Position numbers and translations under genes: made by a program | NCBI GenBank assembly: GCA_036172245.1 | Contig: JAYWIR010000001.1 | Span: forward strand, 11,036,001 to 11,100,000 | Source: Raillietiella orientalis | Taxonomy: Eukaryota | Length of the DNA stretch: 64,000 nucleotides | Direction: 5' to 3' | In this document: piece by piece, positions 23,851-35,700 of the stretch | How positions within the stretch are numbered: position 1 is the first letter of the stretch | Layout of the letters: each line of letters opens with the position of its first letter | The notes under the pieces: generated by a model | The model's input: only the letters and a program-made list of their open reading frames with translations | Told to the model about the DNA's origin: nothing | Databases searched by the model: none

Positions 23851-26707
23851 TGTAAGGTGGGACAAGGTGGCATATTTAATTACTCTAGACTCCAGAGGAC
23901 TCTGGAATGGTCTCATTGGAAGACCAAATTCCCGATTCTGGGTGAAGATCAGCGCTTTTTGCGGCCGAATTGATTGCAAGAACGAGAAAATTCTGGGATT
24001 CATCGAGACTTCGGTTTCAAATTCACCTTTCCAGCGTATTCCCTTAACAGTTCCAGGCTACTAGTCTCTGCTGCCTCGAGTCGATGGGAATCCGTGCAGT
24101 ACCAACATTGTGCCAATCTTTCCAACATTCTGGCGTTGAGGTGCATCCCATTTGCAAGTCCACGGTGCTCTTGCCTGCTAACCGCGACCAGAAAGATTCC
24201 ATTTCCGATCGCCTCGGTTAGCAGCAGCAGCAGCGCTTCCCGGTAATTCCTGCTTTACAGTTCAGTTTCCCGGCTGCCCATGCCAGCAACTTGATTCTGT
24301 GTGACAGTTCTTAGGAGGGAACAGTTCCATTCGGCTCGCGCCGATTTTTCCCAGAGGTTCGTCCATAAGTGACCTTTCTGTCTTGAAGACTCCCAGGAGT
24401 GAGCAAGAAAGGGGCTAGCGGGAGCTCATAGGACTATTAGAGATGATGCTGAAGAGTGCATTTTTTTTTTTTTTCAACATTCGGAATTATCTCTGGAGCG
24501 CGGGCTTATCCCGAACACTTCTGCAGAATGAAAATGGTCCGTTGGAAATTCCCTATAGATACTTATCTCGTCGCGGGTCACTCCTGGTTTCTCATCTTCC
24601 TTGCGACGTCTCCCACCAGGATTATGAAGGCACGGAGACTTGAATTCTTCTTCCGAAACCTTTGGATTCCGAGCGTGTGCTCGGAATCCAAAGGTTGGCT
24701 GCATCAGTGAACCACGAGAATGACTGGTCAGCGGTGAACTGAGGTCGTGCATCCGCGCGTATAGCCGACAACATCGGGCAGAAACCTTACGGGACCAAGA
24801 GTCAATATGGCATCGCAGCTGATGGTGTCCTGAACTTAGATGCAGGGACCGATTTCGTGGACCTGGAGGAGCTGGAGGGGCTGGAGAAGCTGGAACAGAG
24901 ATGTGAGGAAGAAGTGAAAGGAAAAATTCGTCTCTCCGACGTCCTCAGTGTGCCTTCGTGGGTCTCTTCAGCGTGCGTTACGCAAGTCAAGACAATAGCC
25001 CAGCTGCCTGAGGACAGCATGCCCGAAAACACCGAGAGGTCCCTTGATCTGATGATCAGAGCGTATCTTGAAAGCTGCGGAGGGGAGCAGGAGAGGGACA
25101 CCCCAAGACTAGGGGGAGTCGGTCGGAGTCCGAGCTCCGCCTTTCTTTTCTCCTCGGGGCTCGGGACACCGCGCTCGCTGAAGGCATCCGGCAGAAAGCC
25201 AGGAGCTTTCCCCAGTGCACCCCAGATGTACTTTCCTTGGGTTGCTTGGAGAAAGCGACGACCCCGGTACCGTCAAGATGAGGAAACTGGAATGCGGGCT
25301 CGAAAAAACGAGGTGGGAGGCGGAAGCTGTCGCGACCGTCAAGCCTGCCCGCGGGCAACTGCCTACCGTTCAGCCCACCCTACAGCACGTGGCCTCCCTT
25401 TGTTTCAAAACCCTCTCGAACCTACGGAAAGCCTTTGGGACGTCTCCTGAGGAGACAGCGAAGATGCAATCGCTCTCGATGGACGCTTGCCAGTCTCACT
25501 TAGCAGGACTTGCTGAAAGATGGGAATGCAAGAAAAAGGAGAAAGAACCTTCCAGAAAAGGTCACCTTTTCTACAGAGGTGTTCCTACAGAAAGAACGCA
25601 ACGGAGGACTCGGAGCTTTGCTACTCCCCCGGGTCCAGTTCCTTCGGAGGAATTGCTGGAAAAGACGGTGACCGGTGAGAAGAGAGTCGATTTCCCTTGG
25701 GAAGGCGCGAGGACTATCGTGTCCGTCGGATCAAGGCCGTTCCGTACATCCTGCAGGAGCTCCTTTCGCGACCACGGGATTCCCTCGGGACTCGTCGCCG
25801 CAAGAATGCCTCCTGCGGGCTCTCAGTCCGGGAGGACAACCCGCGCAACCGCTGTGCCTCTCTCGGAATCCCCTGGAGCGCAGAGGATGCGCGCACAGGG
25901 AAATCAGCCATGTACTCCTTTGTCACCCGCTCCTCTTCTCCCGCTCCCAGCCGTTAGTTTATGCTTCCTAGAGGAGTTCAGGGTAGAGAGTGGTCATGGA
26001 ACAGCATTGGACGTGCGTTCGCCGCTGTTCTTCCTCGCTTGCTTTGCTTCGTGTACTCTCGTCCTACTCAGACAACCCCAGCGAAAAGAAGGGAGGACAG
26101 AGGAAGACGGAGAGACGGACTTGTTTGAAGAAGACAGAAAGGAGATCCCACAGGATGATCTGGGATGCAAGAGGACGGTAGTCAATAGGAGGAAGAGGAA
26201 GGGCATTCGAGGTGAGGCAGCGGAAGGTGCACCAATGAAAAGAAGGGGGACGTGAGGATGGATTTCACTTCCCACATCCCAACCTTGGTGCTCCCATACA
26301 GCTACCGCGGCCTCGCCAAAATGGTGCGACTCCTACCACGCCCCTTCAGCAGAAAGATTCCTCAAAAATTCGTCGCCTAAGAAACCGCCGGCGAGTTTGA
26401 TCATCCACGTGTGCGTGTGTATATTTTTTTCCTTCCTCCTCCTCCTCTTACGCCCATTGTTGTTTCCACCAGATACAAAAGAAAGGCGAAAAAAAGAAAA
26501 AAGGTCGAAGACAGGGAAGGAAGAAGGGAAGATCATCGTGAAGAGGAGGAAGGGACTAATCCGAGCGTCAGAAGAAGGGACGTACGTTCTCCTCTAGAAC
26601 TTTCGGATTATGCCCCGCGGTCCTGCGCCAGCCGACGCCTGAACCGCGCCAAAATCCCAAGACGTCGTTGTTGTGAAGTAGCAACAAGGAGCGACTTCAC
26701 AGGCATC

Positions 26708-29700
26708 ATGGAAGCGGACAAAGCTCAGCCGGAAGAGCGCTGCGCGGAGGAGGAGGTGGATACCATCGGAAGGGCCATCAGCTTTCAGGCGATGCAGGCT
26801 CTGAACGACATGCGCCACCAGAACATGTTGTGCGACGCCACGATCCGCTGCAGCGACGGAGGAGTCTTCCCTATCCACAGGGCCATCCTGTCGGCGTGCA
26901 GCCCCTACTTCAGGTTTGGGAGAGAAAGTACTCCTCTTTGCTCCTATCCTTCTCCTGCTGCGGAAAAGAAAGAATTCCTCTCTTCCTCTGACCGTACGAC
27001 GGAGGCTGGGAGAAGAGGGAGAGAGGAACGTTGGGAGGTTGGGTCTCCTCATCTAGGGAGAAGGGGGCAGTTTCAAGACTCCCACGAGGGTTCCTCTTTA
27101 TTTGGAATGGAAAGGAGAAATGCGACAGACTCTGCAATGGACTTCTTCCCCAATTCGCGCCGACCTTGCTTTTCAGGACCAACGCATGCAACGGACACGG
27201 AAGAGCGATGGGTCCTTGCCATTCCTCATCCTCCCTTCCTTCCTTCCCATCCCCTCTTCTTCCCATCCTTCCCTCCTTCAGTGTTCATTTCCAGGGCGCT
27301 CTTCACCACGACCCTGCAAGCCCAAGAGAAGACTGACATCCAGATCCCTGGGGTCAGCTCCGAGATCATGGAGCTCATCATAGACTACGCGTACACCCGA
27401 CAGACTCGCGCCAACACCGAGAACATCACGCAGCTCCTCGAGGCTGCCGACCAGTTCCACGTCATGGGAATGCTTAAGGACTGCTGCGAGTTCCTGGTTG
27501 GCAGTCTCACCCCTGAGAACTGCGTGGGAATTCAGGAGTTTGCCAAGTAAGTCTTCAATCGCTTCCCAAGAGATGCGGAAGGCGGTGTCGGACTCCTGTC
27601 CCTTTTCACCTATTAATCATCCTCCACTTTTTCTACTACTCATTCTTTCCCATTCCTCCTGCCCTCTTTTCCCCCTCTCCCTTTACCCCTTTTCCCTTTA
27701 CCCCTTTTCCCTCTCCCTCCTGCCTTCTTTCCTTTCTCTCCCTCTCCTTCTTCATCCTTCCTCCTTCTATATGCTTTCTTACCCTCCTCCTACCACCCCT
27801 CCTGGCGTCGTCTCCCTGACTTAATCTTTCATCCCCTCTCATCCCTTCTCCCCGGTTTCGGATCGTCGGTTCCACTTCCTTTCCCTGGGTGGCTCATGCA
27901 GGTCCCCTTCTCCTTCAACCTACTTGCGAGGCCACCTTCAGGAGGAAGAAGCGGGAACACGTGCCTTCTAGGAGCGCGGTACAGCGGCGGCAGAGTCCCC
28001 TGCCGCGGCTCTTGCAGAGATTCCGCGGAAACCTGGAAGCCACCCGCTCGAGGTGGGAGCCTCCGAGGATTACCAGCACCGAAGTTCTCGCTCTGGGGTA
28101 TTCCCCGCCTCGCGGCCTCCCGGATGTCCGAAACTGCGACTCCTGTAGCAACCTCCAATGCTGGAGCTAGCTATCCGGGGACCGCGGGTGCCCCCTAGGC
28201 CCCTGCGCTTGAGCGAAAGAAAGTAGTCCTTGGAAGGTACCCCTGGATGCTTCCACCGTGCGTCCTTCCTTCTCTCTCTCTTTCTGTGCCTCCTCGGGCC
28301 AGCAGCCTCTTTCCGCCTGCTCACCAGGGCGTTCTTGAAGGACATGAACGAGAAGGAAAGGAAGCACTTCCTCCCATTTTCCCCCGTCCTGAGCCCGCCT
28401 CCCCCTCCCTGTCTCCGCGAGCGAGCATGTGGGCGCACACTCGGGCGATCTCCTTCCAGGGTCTTCTTCTGCAAAGAGCTGGAGCAGGAATCCTGGACCT
28501 TCATCATGAGGAACTTCCCGGAGGTGTCAAAGCAGAGCGAGGAGCTTCTGGAACTCCCCATCGACCGCTTCCTGCCCATCCTTGGATCGGACGAGCTCAA
28601 TGTCAGGAACGAGGAGATCGTCTGGGAAACTGTACTCCGGTGGCTAAACAAGAACCCCGAGACCAGGAAGGTCCACGTCGTCGACCTGATGAAGCAGATT
28701 CGTCTGGGACTCCTGGACACGCAGTTCTTCGTCGAAAAGGTGAGCTCGCCCTCGGGGCTTGGAACTCATCAGGGAGGTCTGCGTTTCGGAAGGGTAGGTT
28801 AAGGAAGGGGGACCGAAGGCTTCCTTGCGCCCCCTCTTTCGTTTGCGCAAGAAGGTCCATTCTTCTCAGGAGAGCAAGGGTGTCCCGCCGGCATTTCTCG
28901 TGGGTCGTTTTCCTCCTCCCCCACTCTGCCACCCTCCCTTCTCTTCGGGACGGCGCTCCGAAAGACCCGAGTCCTGCATCGGATGGGCGCTTCTGTAAAG
29001 AGGGGAAGGGAGGAGGAGCAGGAAGGATGACGGCGGGGGAGGTGAAAAGGGGGGAGCAACGGAGACTGGGCTGGCAACATTCGTCGCTTCCCAATCGCGA
29101 AGAACGCAGCTCCTCTTCACCAGATCGGTTGCTTACGTCACACCAAAGCGGGGGAGAAACCGCGCCTCAGGGCTACGGGAGGCTTGTTGACCGCTCCTCT
29201 TCCTCCTCTTGCGCCTTCCGTCTGTATCCTCAGGAGCAGACCGTCCTGGTCTTCTCCCGCTCGCGAGGTCGCCCCCGTTTTCTGCGGAATTGCAGAGTTT
29301 CGGGGGAGAAGAACCGTTTTCTGCGGAATTGCAGAGTTTCGGGGGAGAAGAAGGGTAAGTGGGACACTGCCACCGTCTTCGTCCACCCTGAGGGTGTGCG
29401 CGATCTCCGGAAAAGAGACGGGCGAGGTCTTGAAGGACCGGTCCACGAGGAAGGGAACACGAGGTCGCAAATGGAGCACGCTGGCCTCGTCTGCTCGCTT
29501 AGGGATATTTTCTGGAGCGCGGAAGGGGTCTGGGCGGGCACCCGGGTCTACAGGTCATTCCCTAGCCGCTGCATTTCGAAGCAGCTTTCCTGCCTCCTTC
29601 ACAAGGAACGCCTCGATCCGTACCTCAACTCTTTCCTAACCTGAAGATCACTTCCTTGAAGGGGTCTGCAACCTTCACTCCTCTGGGTGGGTCGACCCAG

Positions 29701-32700
29701 CGTGAGGCCCACCTCACCCTCTCCCTTCCCCTGCAGGTGAAGAACAACCCTTATGTGCTGGAGAATGAGGCATGCCGGCCGCTCGTCATCGAAACCCTTA
29801 AATTTCTGTACGACCTGGAGATGATCACACAGAAGGACGGAGAGGTGGTCACCCCGGAGCTGGCCAGACCCCGGGTACCCCACGAGATCATGTTCGTGAT
29901 CGGCGGCTGGAGCGGAGGAAGCCCCACGAACTTCATTGAGACATATGATACCAGGGCAGACCGGTGGGTCAAGGTGAGGGGTGCACCCTTTCCCGCTCCC
30001 CTCCCTCTTTTCCCTCCCTTCCTTGCGCCAGGTGAACGAGGTGGATCCTGCCGGCCCCAGGGCCTACCACGGCACGGCGGTCATCGGGATGTGCATCTAC
30101 GTGGTGGGAGGCTTCGACGGCATGGACTACTTTAACTCGTGCCGCTGCTTCAACGCCGTCACCAAGGAGTGGAAGGAGGTCGCCCCCATGAACGCTAGGA
30201 GGTAATCCGCGGAAGAGTTTCCTCTTCCGCTGAAAGCACGGGTCGGAAGGGGGCAGAGGGTGGGAGATAGAGGCAGAGAGGAAAGGCGAAAGTGGCGGCC
30301 GCCCTTCCCAGCTCCCTGCCTTCGTCCACGTCCATCCTCCCCCGTGCGCCCTCGCCGCCCGCCCCTCGGGGCAGCGTGGCGCGGCGACATGACGACATGT
30401 CTTTCTTTTCCGCGTGCTCCCTTAAGATGCTACGTGAGTGTGGCGGTTCTGGACGACATCATCTACGCCATGGGAGGCTACGATGGCCACCACAGACAGA
30501 ACACCTGCGAGCGCTACAACCACAAGACGAACCAGTGGTCCCTCATCTCCACCATGAACGTCCAGAGGTCGGACGCCTCTGCCTCCACGCTGAACAGTGA
30601 GTTGCGACAGTCGCGGGAGGGGGAGGAAGGGGAAAGGGAATCCACGCACCCCTTCAGCTTCGTGAAAAAAGGAAGAATCGCTCGCCGATCCGGAAGAGGA
30701 AGGGAAGGCAGGGGGAGCAGGAACGGGCCGCTCTCCTCGCCGGTGCTTCCCTGCGCGCTCCCTGACGGCGCGCTAGCGCTGAGCTCGTCGGGACGCAGGG
30801 TCTGCAAGGGTTGGCTAAAGAGGGGAAGGAGGGGAGAGGAGGAAAGCGGGAAAGATAGCGAGACCTTTTTCTTTTTAGGGAGAAAGGGTGGGGTGAGTAA
30901 AAAGGGGTTGAGATGGGACTGCGTAGTGGTTCCATGTGAGTGGACGGGAGGCAGGGACCACCTTCATTTGTTTCCTTTTCCCCCTTCCCCCTCCTCCTCC
31001 TCCTCTCCCTTCTTTCTTCCTTCCCTCCTCCCTTCCTCCTCCTTTTTTCCCCCTTCCTTCGACCTCCCTTCCTCCGCAGGAATGGAAGCAGAATGAGGAC
31101 CACCGCTTGCGCACTCTTCCTTGACTCCACCTCACCACCCTTTTTTGCCCTCTCTCCTTTTTTGTCCTCTTCCCGCCTCTCCCAGGGAAGGTCTACATAA
31201 CGGGAGGCTTCAACGGGCAGGAATGCATGAACACTGCCGAGGTGTACGACCCCGACACGAACCAGTGGACGCTGATCTCCCCCATGAGATCCCGAAGGAG
31301 CGGCGTCTCCTGTATCGCCTACCATGACCAGCTCTACGTAATAGGTGAGGATGGGGCGCGCGCCGAACCCAGAACAAGACGGTAACAGGGACAAGGATGG
31401 ATGAAAATGAGCGAGGGAGAGAAGGCAACGGTGGGAAGGAGTGTCCATTCCTTTCCGTCCGCATTCCCTTTTCGATCACGCACGTTTCTCCCAGGCAGGG
31501 GAGCCCCCTCCTTCCTCCTCCTCTTCACCTCCCTTCCTGCAGCGCCCTCCTCCTCCTCCTCCTCTTTCCCTAGTTGGTTCAAGCTTGTGTGGGGTGATGT
31601 GCCCGAGATATCCCGCCGTCTTTCCTGGGGGAGGACCTTGGATTTTCGCGGAGGGCAGGCAAAGAGGCGCCTCTCCGTTCCCGCACCTGTCGCCCCCTCT
31701 CTTGCTTTCGTAGAGTAGCGGTCGTAAGACTGCTCCCGGAAGACGCACGGTCACGCTTCCCGGAGAAAGGAAGAACATGAACTCCCCCTTGCCCCCTTCA
31801 TCTCTAACTTTTTGTCCCTCCAGAGACGCGAAGCATCCTCCTCCCCTGCAGACGAAGGGGGGCTTCACCAGGGCGATGGCGGGCGGAGGCCTTTTCGTTC
31901 GTGCGCAGAGCCACCTTCAGATCGCCCGAATCAGCGCGGACGGCGTTGCTGATTCTTCCCGGAATGGCACGAGTTCGGTCCTCTCCCAGCCCCTCCCTCC
32001 CCCCTTCCTTCTTCTCCGACGAAACGGGTCTCCATGGCGACGGGGAAGCGCACGCTGCTTGGCAGCAGGCCCTTCTGGAATCCTCTGTGAGGCGGGCGCT
32101 TCAGCAGCAACCGGAAGGAAGGCGAGACCGCCGCCGAGCAGCTCTTCGTTCGCTACGGCGGCCCCCTGACGTTCCTTGAGGCGTCCACCGCTCACGCACT
32201 CTCCCGTCTTCCTTCCCTCCCTCCCCCCTCTTCACGCGCCGCGGGAGCCCCTGATGCTGGATCTCCCTCATCCTCTTCACTCGCTTCCCATCCGTTCCAT
32301 CCTCCCCGCCCGTCCGTCTTCGTTCCCATCCCTGTGCTTCGGTTCTTCTTGCTGCTCCCACCTCCGCGAGAAGTTTCTTCCCGTTCGCTGCTTGGGAATC
32401 CACCGCGCGCTTCCTTGCGGTTGCCTCCCGGGAGACCCTGGAAGCGGAAGAATAGGAACGTGTCTCGCACCCGCGCGTCTCTTCCCAGAGGGAGTCGCCC
32501 TGCGGCTGGGTAGCTGCCAGGGCACCGCGAGCAGCCGCACGCAAGGAAGAACGACTCCCGTTTTCTAACCCTCCTCTCACCCCACCCTCTGGAGGGCAAC
32601 ACGGGGCAGCAGTGTTCCCCCCCCCCCTCCACGAGTTTTCGAAGGAACCGAGGGTGACCTCCGGGCAAGCAATCTAACCGTTAACGTTGCCACTCCGCGT

Positions 32701-35700
32701 GGGGCCGTGTATCCCGAGTCTGGGGGTTCATCAAGATGGCGACGGCCCCCTCCCTCTCTTCTGAGCACGTCCTTTATTTCCCTTCCCCTCCTCCTCGTCC
32801 GCCTACCTCCCTGGCCCCCAATTTCTTTCTCTCCCGTCTTTTCGATTTCTTTTCTCCCCAGGAGGGTTCAACGGGATATCCAGGCTCTGCAGCGGGGAGA
32901 AATACAACCCCGCTACAAACTCCTGGACCTCCATCCCTGATATGTACAACCCGAGGAGCAACTTCGCCATAGAGGTCATCGATGACATGCTGTTTGCCAT
33001 CGGCGGCTTCAACGGGGTCACCACCATCTTCCACGTCGAGTGCTACGACGAGAAAACCAACGAATGGTAGGTCTTGAACGTCTCCCCCTTTCGCCCCCTT
33101 CCTCTCCACAATGGGCACGCGCACGCACAAGGGCTCACCCCTTGGGGGATGCGGGCGGGTCAGACAAGGACGCCCCACACCATGTACCGCGGTCGGGTAA
33201 ACAGGAGGGTCACATCGGCACTGTGAAGAAAGAGGGCGCGCCTGCAGAAAGCAGGGGTGTGGGACTCCTCTGGCCACACCTCCTCCGGCGCGGAGAAAAC
33301 GAAAAGGAGAGAAGCACGTCCTTTATCCTCCTCCCCATCCTCTCCCGCCTACCTCCCCTTCCTCCTTGTCCCGCCGCACGCAGCGCACCATCTCGGTCAG
33401 GAGGTCAGCGCCTTCGGGAGAGAACCTCTGGAGAAGAGAGAAACCATTCTGAGAGAGTTATTGCACGAGGCGATCTCTGCCACTCTGTGGCGGAGATCGC
33501 GACTTCTTTGGGACTCCTCCACTCACTGTGGACTCCGATCTCCTCCGAAGAGAGAAAAAGGCCCACTCCCGAAGGCGACAACCTTCCCGAGGGAATCCTC
33601 CTTTCCTGCAGATGGAAGGGGGCTTCACCAGGGCGATGGCGGGCGGATGATCTCTGGTGACCGGAAGAAAGGCGTGCCTGCCCTGAACGGCGGAGGTCAG
33701 GGAAGCGAGCATTCCTAGCGGAAAAACAAGAGGATTACCGTCTTCGAGAACTCTTCCAGGATTACTTTCGTTCCCCTCCCCTTCCTCCTCCTCCTCCCCC
33801 CCCCCCTTCCTCGTCCTCGTCGTCGCCATCGGTTGCCAAGCATGCATTCCTCGTCTTAGAGGGCAGCATCGAATGCCGTCCGAGGGCGTCGAAAGATCCT
33901 AAAGACTCGGCCTGGTGTGTCCAACCCTCCTCTGAACTGCACGCGCTGAAAGTGATATGGGGGGAGGGGGTAAGACGTCGTCTTCTTCAGAAGGGGATCC
34001 GTCGCCAGCGGGGAAGAGGGGAATCGAATGTTCTTGCCCGCGTCCCTGTCGGAAGAGGTCTCTGCAGACTCCCGAAAGGCGCTCTCCGAGGTCGCCTGAC
34101 ATCGCACTGGCAATGTGCTTCCTCTCTCCCGCCTGTCATGCCCGGCAGTTGCCTCCTTCACGCCCTCCCTTCTGTCCCGACCCCGCATTCCTATCCCCTC
34201 CCCTTTACTGATGAGGCATCCGACGCTATGAGCTGGCCTGCGAGGCCGGATCTCGGGAGGAAGAACAGGGTCATCCCTGGCAAGACTCGTTTCCGAAAGG
34301 CGATCCGGGGATGACGTTCTTCGCTGGGACAGAGCCTCTGCTGGCTGCTAGCCCGCTTCCTCCTTACCCCATCCACCGGCAGCCACCCGCGCCCCGTGGC
34401 GAGAGGCGCCTTTCCTAGGGAGCCTCGTCGTCATCGCTGCCTTCGCCGTGGGGAAGGGGACGAGTGCACGAGCCAGGGAGGAAGAGGGGAATGGTCCCCA
34501 CACCCTTAAAAAGCTCCTAGGTAAGGTGGGGAACGCTTCGAGGAGCAGATGCGCGGTAGGAGGGGCCTCCGAAATGCACAGTGCGAGGAGCTGAGGAAGG
34601 ACTGAGGGGGGAAACGAGGTGCCAGAACCCGCGCTTCTCCTCGGATCGCGCGCAGTCCATGCGTGGCTGTGGACTGCGCCTCCACGGCCAGTTGCTTATC
34701 CCCCGCTGTCTCCCGTGGTAACACCGTGGTGCCTCGGATGGAGCGCCTATTCGCACACATCCTGCTGCTGCTGGTGGGGTCCACCGAACCCTCTGCCGAG
34801 GGTTTCGCTCCCTCCCGCGAGAGCACCCTCACGGTGCCGGCACCCGTGAACGGAAATTCATCTCCTGATTCATCTCCTGGGAGCGCTCTTGGGTGTGTAC
34901 GGGCGCGTTTCAAGAGGAAGAGGGTAGGGGTGCTCCCCTGTTGTGTTGTTTCCCTTCCATGCCAAGCGCCGCGATCGCTTGGCCTGAGCACCGCCGAAAG
35001 GGGTAAAACGCGCGCGACGGTACAGATACGAGGATAATGCGAGTCGGTTCTTTTCTTTTTTTTTTATCAAGGTCTGTCATTGGCGGAGGGAGCAGAGGAA
35101 TGCCTTGAGCAGAAGAATCGTTCACGCGACACCGCTCGTGTGCACGCGCGCGCGCATGGGAACACTGCGAACAAGCAAGGAGTGGGAGCGCTTGCGCTCG
35201 CTCGCGCGCGCGACAGACGAACCTTCTCGTCGAGCTGTACACCGCGCGGGTAAGTGACGGAGAAGGGGGGGCGAGGAGGAGGGAGGGGATGAGCTCTGGG
35301 AGGGGATGAGTCGTAAATGAACAGGACCAGCAGAAAGACCAAGAAGGAGGAGGAAACGTCACCGCTGATGAAAAGAGCGCGCGGGAAACGTCCGCATAAA
35401 AGTGCGGTTTCACTGAATGAACCGCTCATACGGCGTCATGGTAACGAGAGACTCAGGCGAAGCGGCGACGGGTGAAGGAGCACGCGAGGAAGAAAGGGGG
35501 GAAAAAAATCCGCGTGACCGACTGCAAGCTGTCGAATTGCCTGAGGTGGGAGGTCGTCGTCAGTTGCTCGAGTCACAGGAGCCGGGAGCAGACGCAGGGA
35601 ACACACGACGAAAAGGGAAGGGGACCACTACTCCTTGCTTTGAAAAACTCCCTAGAATTCCCGCCTTCCTTCTTTTTTTTTTTTGCATGATGCAGGAGGG

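Noticed and set aside
28247-29644. 465-aa ORF overlapping KLHL10 exon 3
   Set aside because: Out-of-frame shadow across exon and intron in GC-rich DNA; Arg/Gly/Pro-rich with no domain.
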